DNA of 64,000 nt from the human T2T-CHM13v2.0 reference genome, Homo sapiens. The stretch lies in the NCBI RefSeq assembly GCF_009914755.1, contig NC_060946.1; one strand, 5' to 3'. Under the pieces are notes generated by a model. It made no database searches, was not told where the DNA came from, and saw nothing but the letters and a program-made list of their open reading frames with translations. Made by a program: the position numbers and the translations under genes. Below, in pieces: positions 13,893 to 26,573 of the stretch; position 1 is the first letter of the stretch; every line of letters starts with the position of its first letter.

Positions 13893-14183
13893 GGCCAGGC
13901 GCGGTGGCTCACGCCTGTAATCCCAGCACTTTGGGAGGCCGAGGCAGGCAGATCGTGAGGTCAGGAGATCGAGACCACCCTGGCTAATATGGCGAAACCC
14001 CGTCTCTACTAAAACTACAAAAAAAAAAATTAGCCAGGCGTGGTGGCAGACGCCTGTAGTCCCAGCTACTTGGGAGGCTGAGGCAGGAGAATGGCATGAA
14101 CCCAGGACACAGCTTGCAGTGAGCCAAGATCGCACCACTGCACTCCAGCCTGGGCGACAGAGCTCCGTCTCACAAAAAAAAAA
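13893..14183 (+). mobile_element. Alu (Sc/Y-like) ending about 58 nt before exon 8
   Basis: TSD AGAGA(T/C)GGCCTCACT. Confidence 0.93.
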
Positions 14184-14241
14184 AGAGACGGCCTCACTCT
14201 GAGTCATGTGACTGTGGTTGCCTCACTTCCTTTCCTGGCAG

Positions 14242-14375
14242 GAGCTCAACCGCACGTGCCGAGCCATGCAGCAGCGGGTCCTGGAGCTCATCCCTCAGAT
14301 CGCCAATGAGCAGCTGACAGAGGAGCTGCTCATCGTCAATGACAATCTCAACAATGTGTTCCTGCGCCATGAACG
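14242..14375 (+). CDS. TOM1: TOM1 exon 8 (GAT domain, [13 protein letters not shown]...NNVFLRHER)
   Basis: tttcctggcag acceptor, gtagcc donor, 134 nt. Confidence 0.97.
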
Positions 14376-14987
14376 GTAGCCCCAGCACCTCCCCTGGCCT
14401 CTGGCCTACTGCCCCAACCCTCTCCCTTCCCTTCCTCCCTGTTCTCCTGGTCTCATGCCATCTGAGCCTTCTCTCGTCCTCCTCTCAAACACAAGGCAGG
14501 CTCCTAAGGGCCTGTGCCCTCAGCTGTCTTCTTCCAGGATGTTTATGAGGGCCCCTCCTTCCAGCCGCCCTGTATCTCCTTTCCAGGGTTAGCGCTGCTG
14601 CCTGTGCCCAAGTCCAGCCCTGGGAGATGGTCACAGGTCACAGCTGAGAGCACGGCCCTGCAACCAGACTGGCCTGGTGTGTCCTCGCCCACTCCACCAC
14701 TTCCTGGTTCTGGGGCCTTAGACAAGTGACTTCACTGCTGCAAGCTACACAAAACATTTCTGGCTAACTTAGGCAGAAAAAGAATTTGTTAGGATAATAA
14801 TCTTTATTAAATGGGTAGCTTTCAGAATCCAGAGAAAAGTGAAACTGATGTCTCCCAACAGAACAAGAAAGATGGATCCCAGGGCAGCTCAGATGTCTCA
14901 GGAGCAGAAATTCCTGGACCATCTCCCCAGGGTGCTGCCATCAATAAATACATCAGCTCAAACACTTGTCCACAAACACCTGTCCAC

Positions 14988-15305
<318 letters not shown>

Positions 15306-15497
15306 TGCCCACCTTGTATCATTCTGTTCAAGAGTCACATCCCCAAGAGAGACTTGGATTGGCTGAGCTTCATTGTGCCTACCAGCTGGGGTATGGGAGA
15401 GGGCCCTTTGATGGCAGCCCCACCGGGATGATGTGAAATGGGGGAGGAGCAGTTCCTCTAAAGAGTACTTAGGTGCTATTACAAAAGAAGGAGAAGG

Positions 15498-15841
<344 letters not shown>

Positions 15842-16480
15842 TCACACCTCCTCTGTATCTGTAAAATGAGGCTTGTGGCATAAGTGAGAGTCCATGAAAC
15901 AGTGTCTGTAAAGCGCTTAGCAGTCCAGGGTGTCTGATAACTGACATGAGTTATTCCAGCCTCCTCCAGCCCCTTGTTCATTTTTTGTGTCTTTCTCCAT
16001 CAAAAGACACTCACTGATTGATTCTAAATCAGTGGAAAGTGGGGGGTACCCTGCAGGTCACGTCTGCCTAGCTTCTCCTGCTCGTTGGCCCAGTGGAATG
16101 AAAGGCCTCTTCCCTGCCATTTTGGGGTATGGGCTGTGAGGTGACTGAGGGGCCCCATCTGGTAGCAGCTGGTACCCTCAGATATCCACAGTCATTAGGC
16201 TTAATATCTGACTGTGCTTTCAAGCTCGCAGTCACTTATACCCATGTCCTAATTTGGGCTTCAGCACTTCAGGGAGGCAGGTGCCTACAGATACTAGACA
16301 AGCAGACTAAAGTTCAGAAGGAACATAATTTACCCGAGGTCATGTGATAAGTGACAAGGCCACGACTCGAACAGACCCCACACTAAAGTCTTCTCGATCT
16401 ATCACACCGGCCCCTAAGTAGCTCCATAAAACAAGATTAGAGATACATGTATCTTTCTTACAGCACTGAAGAGAGCACTA

Positions 16481-16503
16481 ACACACACACACACACACAC
16501 ACA
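16481..16503. repeat. (AC)11 microsatellite
   Basis: Read directly from the sequence. Confidence 0.95.
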
Positions 16504-16865
16504 AATATGTAATTGAAACAAGTTTCATAAGACAGTCCTTACCTTTACTGCGTGCCATGCATTCCTATTTTCTTTGCTGTTCTAACCTATTCCTGTTTAT
16601 TTGTTTCATGCTACTCATGACTAAGGTTGCCTTATAATTGATCATCCAAATTGGGACACTTTTGCAAGGGAAAGAGGAGCACTGCTAGTTACCCAGGGAC
16701 AGCAGGCATGAACTGGATCTGTCCAGGGCACACCAGACGTGTCATCACCCTGATCATAACCCACCGTGTTGATGTTGAGACCCACAGTTTGAAAAGCTCT
16801 GCCTGGCCGTGTGTGGGGGCCTGTCTCAGTCTGTCTCCATAACTCGTGTCTTTTCTGTCTTGTAG

Positions 16866-16899
16866 GTTTGAACGGTTCCGAACAGGCCAGACCACCAAG
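16866..16899 (+). CDS. TOM1: TOM1 exon 9 (FERFRTGQTTK)
   Basis: tcttgtag acceptor, gtaaaa donor, 34 nt; restores phase 0; Gly307 codon GGC at 16885-16887. Confidence 0.96.
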
Positions 16900-17288
16900 G
16901 TAAAAGTCTTCTTTTCTGTGACTAGATCAGGCCCTGTTCATGGGAAGAAGGAGTGCCATTCTCACCTCCCTCCCCTAGTAAACTGGACAGGGTGGTGCTG
17001 TCTTATCCAGGCCCATAGAGAAATCCCCTTCTAACTTTTTATGTCCCTGTCCCTTTAAGGTAAATAAGGCTGTGCCACCACCTGATGCCCCAGGGTCTCC
17101 CCAACCTCCCAGGGAGTCCAGTTGAGCTGGAGCCAGAGGGGAGGAAGGAAATTCCCTGATGCCCAGTCCTAGCTCCTGGGGCCCTGGTGACAGATCCCTG
17201 GGCAAAGCCTGCAAGCCACAGTGCTTGGGGCAGAAAGGAACGAAGCTGCAGACAGCGGGGATGATCAGGGCATCTCCCTTCCCACCAG

Positions 17289-17382
17289 GCCCCAAGTGAG
17301 GCCGAGCCGGCAGCTGACCTGATCGACATGGGCCCTGACCCAGCAGCCACCGGCAACCTCTCATCCCAGCTGGCAGGAATGA
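17289..17382 (+). CDS. TOM1: TOM1 exon 10 ([17 protein letters not shown]...; DLIDM clathrin-binding motif)
   Basis: cccaccag acceptor, gtaagt donor, 94 nt. Confidence 0.96.
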
Positions 17383-18212
17383 GTAAGTGTGGTTTGGAGG
17401 GCTCCAGCTGAGGGTACATTATGGTACTGTGGGCACCCCTGCAGATTTTCGGGGTGCCCTTGTTATATACCCACAGCAGAGTGTCAGTCTGGACCCCACC
17501 TTGCTGGGGTCCCAGGCTGAATCTTGCTGCAAGGTGGGGCACTCGGGGTCACTGCCCCTGGCAGCCCCACAAGTCCTGAGCCGCCTTGGATCTCAGAAAT
17601 CCTACCATCCTAAGATTGGCCCTCTACACTGAATTCTCCATGGCTTCAATCATCTGCGTGAGCTTGGGCAAGTTCCTTAAACCTCCTGAGCCTCTCTTTC
17701 CTCCTCTTTAACAGGAGTAGGGAGCTCGTGTATGAGAAGCGCTTAGACCATGCCAGGCCCAGGTTGCACTCTGGCTGAGTAGTTGGCCATTGTCACTGTT
17801 ATCACTGTGATAGGTTTTAATATAATTTACTGTCTGCTTCATGCCAAGCCCTAGGAAATCATTAGCACCCCATTTTGCATCACTAATGCTATACTTTTTG
17901 AAAAAATCGACTACCCATCTGATTACTGTCCTCCTGCCCAGCCACTTCCCCAGCAGAATCAATGGATAGCGTTTTGCCTGTTCTCTAACGCTCACAGCAG
18001 CCCCAAGAGGGGTGAGTAAACTAAAGCTGGGAAGAGGAAGCCGCTTGCCCAAGGCCCCACAGCCAGCAGCAGGTGGCCTGCCTCGCGCATTCCCCCACCC
18101 ACACGTGCCACTTCCCCAGCACCAAGCCCTGGGTCTGGCAGCAGGTAGCTCAGCAGCAGCTCACACACAAGCTTGTGGATGGGTCTTTCACGTGGCCTTT
18201 CTGTCCCTGCAG

Positions 18213-18333
18213 ACCTGGGCTCCAGCAGTGTGAGAGCTGGCCTGCAGTCTCTGGAGGCCTCTGGTCGACTGGAAGATGAGTTTGACATGTTTGCGCTGAC
18301 ACGGGGCAGCTCACTGGCTGACCAACGGAAAGA
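18213..18333 (+). CDS. TOM1: TOM1 exon 11 ([10 protein letters not shown]...[22 protein letters not shown])
   Basis: ccctgcag acceptor, gtgagt donor, 121 nt. Confidence 0.96.
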
Positions 18334-19524
18334 GTGAGTGGCCTGGCCCTGCCCTGGTCCCCTGCAGTTCGGGTGGCTCTCGGGGTTCTGGAACCCGGTT
18401 TTATGGTGGCACACCATGAGGAAGGGCACACGGACCCTGCTTAGTAAGCACGCCCTTAGTATCCCCTAAGTCAGTCCAGCATGGCCTGGGAGCCCTGTGG
18501 TCAGTTGACAGACTGCGCTCCCCACAGGCCATGCTGGGTGGGGGAGGGGGAGCCTAATGACCCACTGTATGCCAGAATCTTACATAGTCTGATCAGAGGG
18601 GGAAACTGAGGCACAGAGAGGGGCAGGCTCATTTGCCCCAGGTCAAGGAGCTAATATTTGGCAGCACTAGGTTAGGAGCCTAGGGCTGTCTGGTTCCAAA
18701 ACACAGTGTCTCCACCCCCCGCCCCCCTCCCTGCACTGTGTACCGCATAGTAAGCCCTCCAGGAGCAGGGAAGTTTCCTGATAAATCCTCAGGGACTTTC
18801 AAGTCAAGTCTTTTTCTGTTGTTCCATAGCCACCGTTAATTTCCAGAGAAGATTAAGCAGGTTCTGTCAGCCTTGCCCCAGAGCTGGGGCTCTGCCCTTC
18901 CCTGTGCACCGTGCATTTTCAGGGGGTACTTTCAGCAGCATAGGCACGTGGCCTGAGTGTGTCCACCAGGGTCTGACCCCTTGCCGGGACCTGCGGGAGA
19001 ACTGGCCCCGTACAGGCTTGTAAGAGGAACAGTCTGCTTGATGTTTTCTTCAGCCTTTTGCCCACTGTGACCCCCAGGGCTGAGCTGTGGGCAGCCAGGA
19101 TTCTTATAGCTAAGGAAAGTTCTAGATTATGGGATCCTCCCACTGACCCCACTCAGCTCCTTAGAGGTCATTCTGGTGTCTTTTGGAACTTTGTCAATGG
19201 GCCTCCAGAGAGCCCAGGGATAACCTCTCCACACCCACAAATCCAGGTCCAGGCTGTAGCCTGCTAGGTCCTTAGGGCTGCCCTGGCTGTTAGCTGTATC
19301 TTTCTTTAGTCTGGGCAGAGTCTGTACTTTTAAGCCCAGGTACCCTGGGACCAGCAGCTGTTGCCATGGAGTTAGGGGTGCTGCCGAGGCTACCCTGCAA
19401 AGGCAAGCTAATGAGTGTGATGGGACTTGCAGCCAGACACGCCCATCCACAGAGGCCCCAGCAGGCAACACTGCTGGCCATACTGGAGAACCCTGGCGCC
19501 TGCCCTGGTCACCAGCCTGGCTGA

Positions 19525-19643
19525 GGTATGCTGTTGCGCTGTCCTTCCTCTGGGGAGCAGGCTCCGGGGGACAGGGAAAAGCACACAAGGAACTTGTCCT
19601 CTAGGGCCTGCAGTCTCATGGGAGAGTGACATGCACCAGGACC
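19525..19643 (+). ncRNA. MIR3909: pre-miR-3909; mature UGUCCUCUAGGGCCUGCAGUCU at 19595-19616
   Basis: Matches the recalled mature and precursor sequence; arms GCAGGCTCCGGGGGACAG and TTGTCCTCTAGGGCCTGC can pair using G-U wobbles. Confidence 0.9.
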
Positions 19644-19960
19644 ACCGCTGTGAAGGGCTAAGTGCTGTCCTGGAGGGGGCACCAGGCTCTGTGGACACAG
19701 AGGAGGGAGCATGCAACTCTGCGGAGGGTACTCAGAGCTGGACCAGGTGCTGGGTGATAGGAAGGCCATTTCAGGCACTAGGAACAGCATGTGCAAAGTC
19801 TCAGAGGCAGGGCGGGAGAGAGGTGCCCTGGCTCCCGCACAGCAGCTGGGAAAGATGCTCTTCACACAGGGAAGGGGGCAGGATGCTGAGAGGGTGGTGG
19901 GGCCCACTGGGCTACAGAGAGGCAGTTGATTTTATTCTAACATGAGCAGGAGGGAGCACA
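19540..19960 (-). mobile_element. L2 3' fragment overlapping MIR3909
   Basis: L2-like motifs: ggaacagcatgtgcaaag, and a decayed ccctgccctc..gagcttacagtctagtggg. Confidence 0.55.
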
Positions 19961-20605
19961 GGAAGGATCTTTTTTCTTATCAGATTTTCATCTTTGAAAC
20001 TGCCTTCAGCTGAGCACAGCTGAAATGACATCATGCACCTTCTCAGGCCATTGGTTCTCCTGCAGGCCCTCCCCAGGGCTTGGTTTCCACCCTGGCAGAA
20101 AACATCCAGCAAGGTCAGGCGTGGACCTGAGCATCCATTTCGTCTTCCCTTTGTTCTCCTGCCTGGCTGGCCCCCTTAAATGCTTCTGGTGGATCTTCCA
20201 GCTCTGGTCACCTGACTGGCCTTTTCTGCCAGCTTGGTGTCCAGCCCGCTCCTCCCTGTACCTGCCTGGCTCCCCACTTCACACCAGCCTGCAACCAGCT
20301 CTGCCCTGGCTGGCAGGGAAACCAGCTCCTTATCAGCCGCTGTTTCTGCTCCAGCCTTGACCACAGCTGGCACCGTCACAGCCTTCCTGCAGCCAGTCCT
20401 ATCCACTCAATGCCAAGGAGTAGCAGGGCTTCTGGGCGAGCCACAGCAGAGACGCCTCGGCTAGGCCTTCACAAAGGCAGGGGTGTCCTTCCCCCGCTTT
20501 GTCCGCATCTTCGTCAGTGCTGCTGTACACAGAGGCCTTCTCTACAAGGAGCACTTAGACAAGTGTCACCCCAGTGGCCCAGGTGCAGCCCCTGCCCACC
20601 AGCCC

Positions 20606-20684
20606 CACTGGGACCACCTAAGGAGTGACCCTCCACCCTCCTGCACTGGGCAGGGGGCAGCAGGCCCTAGCCCAGGGGTCACCA
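20606..20684 (-). ncRNA. MIR6069: pre-miR-6069; mature GGGCUAGGGCCUGCUGCCCCC at 20653-20673
   Basis: Reverse complement matches the recalled annotated sequence; status as a genuine miRNA is uncertain. Confidence 0.75.
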
Positions 20685-20827
20685 CCCAGTGCAGGAGGTG
20701 CGGGCTTCCTCCAGGGAAGTGCTTGGCCCTCCACCACCACAGGCATGGCCTTCAGGGACAGCTGGGCTTCAGGGCCATGTGTGGGCAGGGGTGGCGAGGA
20801 GCTAAGCTTAGGAAGGGCAGATAGTTC

Positions 20828-21114
20828 TTTTTTTTTTTTTTTGAGCCGGAGTCTCGCTCTGTCTCTCAGGCTGGAGTGCAGTGACGCTTGCAGAGTGCAA
20901 GCTCCACCTCCTGGGTTCACGCCATTCTCCTGCCTCAGCCTCCCGAGTAGCTGGGGACTACAGGCGCCCACCACCACACCTGGCTAATTTTTTGTATTTT
21001 TAGTAGAGACGGGGTTTCACCATGTTAGCCAGCATGGTCTCGATCTCCTGACCTCGTGATCCGCGCGCCTTGGCCTCCCAAAGTGCTGGGATTTCAGCCA
21101 CTGCACCTGGCCCA
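20828..21114 (-). mobile_element. AluY
   Basis: TSD CAGATAGTT; Y-type gcaagctcc and cacgccattc. Confidence 0.92.
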
Positions 21115-22596
21115 GATAGTTGTTTTGAGTGAAGGGAAATCATGGGTTTCTGCGTGTTCTGGGGCTGGGCATGGCTTCTTCAGCCTTGCCCACAATGCGC
21201 CAAGCATGTCTTAGAGACAGCAACAAGCACCTCCAGACCCTCAATTAGCAGGCCTTCTCTGGGTCAGAAGTCAGCAACCTGACGCCCCACCTCCCCCGCC
21301 ACTGGCTTTAAGGTTGGCTCCAGCAGGGCCCTGCCGTAGTCACTGGCCCACTTGCCATGGATGGGAGCCGTGTAACCAGGGAATGCCCCAGCTAGTGGTC
21401 ACACTCCACCAGCAAACTCTGCCCCTGGTGGGAAGGAACAGACAGCAGCACTCTTCAAAATGACTGCGTGGGAACTGGGGGTCATATTCAAGAAGCCCCT
21501 TTCAGTGCCAGCCTACTCCATTCCTCAGAAAGCAAGCTGGTATTGCAAGAGTTAAATGTGATGCAGTCCCAGTTCCTGAAGCCTACAGTTAGACCAGCCC
21601 CGCTTCACTAGCGTGTCAGGTGGCCTTGTTCCTAACAGGAATCGCAGGCCTTTCCCTTTGTGACCAGAATTCTGTGGCTTACTTCTTTGCCTCAAAGCTG
21701 CACTGAGCCAGTGCTGAAGTCCTGTCTGCCGGCAGTTCAGGGCGAGAATAACAGGGCTCTTTCCCTGCAACAGGGCTGGGTCCCCAACACCTGCCCTGGG
21801 CACCCCCACTGCGGCAGCTGGGAAAGACACCATAGCCGCCTCTCCTCCTTAGCCAGCTTCTCCTCTCACTCAGGTTATTCTCTTGCTCCCCAGGAGACTT
21901 AACCTCACACACAACATACCCTTCCTTGCCTCTCCTCATCTGCCCAGCAACTGTGGGGTCAGCCTCTGCCGCTCCCAGCCCATCAGCCTTGCGTGCCCTC
22001 CCAGTTCCTGCCTCCCCACCCTGCCTAGCTGGCTGGCACCCCCCAGAGGACATTTAGAAGAGCTGTAACCAAGCCACCTCCCATGCTGCTGAGACAAGGT
22101 GGGGGCAGAGTCATCTTTGTGCTGGTGAGCCAGTGCAAGACAAGATGGCACCTCACCCAGCAGTTTATAGATGTGTTTTCAGCAGCAGAATGGAATCCCC
22201 CATTCAAATACGACCTCATACACAACCACAGTCTATAAAATAGGAAACAAGATCTGCTCAAGAAAGGGTCTGCTGGGAATTCTCCATGAGCCTACGGGCA
22301 CTGGAGCTATTTATCAGTCTCCTGAGTTTGGCCAATCCTGGTCATAGCCATTGGTGGTCTTGGTCTCAGTCTTTGGCCAGCAACACCCTCCCTAACCTCT
22401 CCAGCCTTTGCTGCTGTCTGTCATGTAGGTCACTTGTCAGATCCTAATTTCCAGAGGCAGGAAATGAGACCCTTTTTACCATTTCCAGGCAGGCCTGGAG
22501 GATGGGAGCCGTCAATCTGTGCCCCCCAGCCCGCTCCGTTCTTGCATCAGCCATCGGTAAGGGCAGCATCCAATGGCTTGGTGGTCTCTCTTTCAG

Positions 22597-22672
22597 GGTA
22601 AAATACGAAGCCCCCCAAGCAACAGACGGCCTGGCTGGAGCCCTGGACGCCCGGCAGCAGAGCACTGGCGCG
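22597..22672 (+). CDS. TOM1: TOM1 exon 12 ([25 protein letters not shown])
   Basis: ctttcag acceptor, gtaagc donor, 76 nt. Confidence 0.96.
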
Positions 22673-22932
22673 GTAAGCAGAGGGGCCATCCTGCCACCCT
22701 GGGGCCCTCCTGAAGGAGGTGAGGGAATGCTCACCCACTGGGTGCCGTTGTGGGCCAAGCACTGGCCCAGCACGTCCACAGGCCCTTCCTCGTTTGGCCG
22801 TCAGGTCGGTTCTTTTTGGCTAGTGTGGTTATTCCCAGTTTATAGCTATGGAAACTGCTAGAGAGGCCAGGCCATTTGCCCAAGCCCACAAGCAAGGATT
22901 CAGACCTGAGCCTGACTTGAAACTGGAGACCA

Positions 22933-23229
22933 GGCCGGGCGTGGTGGCTCACACCTGTAATCCCAGCACTTCGGGAGGCTGAGGCGGGTGGATCACCTGA
23001 GGTCAGGAGTTCAAGACCAGCCTGGCCAACATGGTGAAACCCCGTATCTACTAAAAATACAAAAATTAGCTGGGCGTGGTGGCACATGCCTGTAATCCCA
23101 GCTACTCGGGAGGCTAAAGCAGGAGAATCGCTTGAACCCAGATGGTGGAAGTTGCAGGGAGCAGAGATTGTGCTACTGCACTCCAGCCTAGGTGACAGAG
23201 CAAGACTCCATCTCAAAAAAAAAAGAAAG
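22933..23229 (+). mobile_element. AluSx-like
   Basis: TSD GAAACTGGAGACCA. Confidence 0.93.
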
Positions 23230-23493
23230 AAACTGGAGACCAGTGGCCCGGGCTTCACATTCCAGCTCTACCAGTTACCAGCTATGTGTCCTTAAGCAAA
23301 TGACTGGCCTTTCTGACCCTCAGTCTCTTTATCTGTACATTGGGGCTTATCCTAGCACCTATACTTGTTTATAATAGAAGTGTGAGAGGATATATTTAGG
23401 GAGCTTTACATGGAGTTAGAGCCCGTTCAATAGTATTCCTCTCTGCCTCTCTAGAGACTTTTAATCTGCAGGAGTGTGGGCAGAGAGGAATAA

Positions 23494-23958
<465 letters not shown>

Positions 23959-24348
23959 TCATGCATGTCAACGTGTATCTGGATGCTTTTCAGGCAGTGT
24001 GAGAATTTCTGCTCCAGCAAGTGAGCAGACAGAGCAGGTCCCATGGGAGACAGTTAGAAACAGCCGGACCTGGGAGTCCAGGGAGTCCGGGGGAGTGAGG
24101 GTGGTGGACCTGGGGCCGAGGAGGCTAGAGGAGGCTCAAGGCAGCATGGGGACTTCTGAGGCTAGCATGGGGTTGGGGGTAGGAAGTGAAGCTCTATGGG
24201 TATATAGCAGGGACCAGAGGACCTCAGCGCGGCTAGGAGCGCTGCAGATTGCATCCTAAGTGAGGTGGAGGCCGCGGGGAAGTCTTGAGCACAGGAGGGA
24301 CTTGACTTCCAATCTGAAAGATCAGGATGGAGCTAGGAAAGCAGGGAG

Positions 24349-24640
24349 GGCCGGGCACAGTGGCTCACACCTGGAATCCCAGCACTTTAGGAGGCCGAGG
24401 TGGGCAGATCACTTGAGGTCAGGAGTTCAAGACCAACCTGGGCAACATGGGGAAACCCCATCTCTACAAAATATTTAAAAATTATCCGGGCATGGTGGCG
24501 CACACCTTTAGTCCCAGCTACTCAGGAGGCTGAGGTGGGAGGATCGCTTGAGCACAGGAGGTGGAGGTTGTGGTGAGCTGAGATTGCACTACGACACTCC
24601 AGCCTGGGCAATGGAGTAAGACCCTGTCTCAAGAAAAGAA
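24349..24640 (+). mobile_element. AluJ
   Basis: Diverged full-length Alu. Confidence 0.9.
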
Positions 24641-25878
24641 GGAAAGCAGGGAGGGACGAGTTGTGGAAACCGTCCAGGCCAGTCCACTGTGGGCAAAGTC
24701 TTCGTGACCCCCAAGGGCACTCTCTCCGCTCCTGGGTCTCCCAGCATCTCAGGAGCCATTCCCAAGTCAGAACAGGGCAAGGTGGAGGACGCTGGGGTGG
24801 GCCATCTGGGCCTCTCGTGGACAGAGGTTGACTCTACCACCCAGTGGGCAACAAGAGAATCCAGTACCTCCCATGTGTGGTGTGTGACCTGCCACCAAGC
24901 ACAGCACATTGCACACCCGTGTCACATCCACCGCACACACCAGTCAGAGACTCCAGTCCTTTTTCGGGTGTAAGCCATCATTTGCTGAGCCTGTGCTCCG
25001 GGCCAGGCCTGCACTAAGCACTTTGCATCCCCTCTCTTAGTGAGTCATCACAGAAACCCTTAGGGTATGTTATTATCCCGTTTTACAGATGAGAAAACTG
25101 AGTTGCAGGAAGAGCTTAAGTGAAACCACAGGTGTACTGTCCTCGGTATGGTGCCTGGCACACACTACGGTATTACGGCACTTACGCTTCGCAGTACCGC
25201 CATGTCCTCATCCCATTTACAGATGAGAAAACTGAGGCTGAGGACAGGGAGATACCCTGCCTAGGGTCTCGTAGGTATTGTTCTGCCTGGCTTCTAAGCC
25301 ATGCTGGTAACCTTAGAGCTGTGAAAAGCCCTAAGGTGCAAAGGAGAGTGAATGGAGGTGTGTGTCTCCCTCCTCAGCCTCAGGCTTCCAGTGTGTCGGG
25401 ATTCATCGGAACCAACACACCGCGAGCCTGCTGTAGGAGCTCCCCTCTCAGGCCACCTGGCCTCTCGTGGTCAGAGGTTGACTCCACCACCCAGTGGGCA
25501 GCAATCCCAGCCAATCTGCTCCTGCTGCAGCCCAGAGACAGGGTTCACTTCCCTAGGGGCACACAGCAATTCAGGCGTGACTAAAACTAGAGCCCAGGTG
25601 TCCTGGCTCCCACACTACCTTGCAGCCCGCCCACAGGGAGGAAACGCACCACACAACTCCACTGGCAGCAAAGAGAAGCTGATAAACCGGTTATCACTGA
25701 TTTATCTCCGATAACCTGGGAGATTTAAGCCACTTCTGCCAAATCAGGGTATGATTTCTTAAAACTCTGTGAGCAAATGCCTGCTCCTGGGGTGCTGGAG
25801 TTTGGCTGGTGGTAAGGCCTTCACCCACTAAACCGTGAGAACATGATTCCCAAGAGCAGAGTACAAAACAGCATCAAA

Positions 25879-26035
25879 ACCAGGCGCGGTGGCAGGTACC
25901 TGTAGTGCCAGCTACTTGGGAGGCTGAAGCGGGAGGATCACTTAAACCCAGGAGTTTGAGGTTATCGTGAGCTATGACTGTACCACTGCACTCCAGCCTG
26001 GGCAACATAGTAAGACTGTATCTCAAAAAAAAAGA
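25879..26035 (+). mobile_element. Alu monomer (FRAM/FAM-like)
   Basis: Monomer with A tail and an AAAACAG-ATCAA-like TSD. Confidence 0.8.
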
Positions 26036-26573
26036 AACAGAATCAAGTGCCAATTGTGCGCAGCCCAGGTTTGCGCCCTGGGATTCAGAGCAGGACTCAC
26101 AAGTCGTGTGACGAGGTGGTATTGCATGCTGTGTGCCAGGTTTTAGTTCCTTCACTCCCTGACATGCCTGCTGTGTGCCCTGTGCCATGTGCCAGGCCCC
26201 ATGCTGGTCTGAGTAGGGTGAACCAGCCAGGCACAGGGTGACGGGCTGGGAGCAGGACTCTCGTCTCCCTCCACTCTGGGGCCCTAGGAAACTGCATGTG
26301 TGCCATGGATGAATGTGAGAAGGTTGGATAAACTGATGTTTCTAAAACCTGGGTGCCTGTCAGACCCTACTGGGAGCCTCCAGACCATCTGACAGCCGCC
26401 TGCCCTGCTATCCTGGGGTTGCTGAGGCCCAGCCTCTGGGATCCTTGTGGAGAGAGTTGAGAAGCTTTGTTTAGTTTGCTGTCAGCTCTGCCTCAGCCTA
26501 CCCAGGGCGCTGGCATCCCAGAGCTGTTGTGGCTCACCCCCCGGTGGGTACCACAATACCTGCCTCATCCCTC

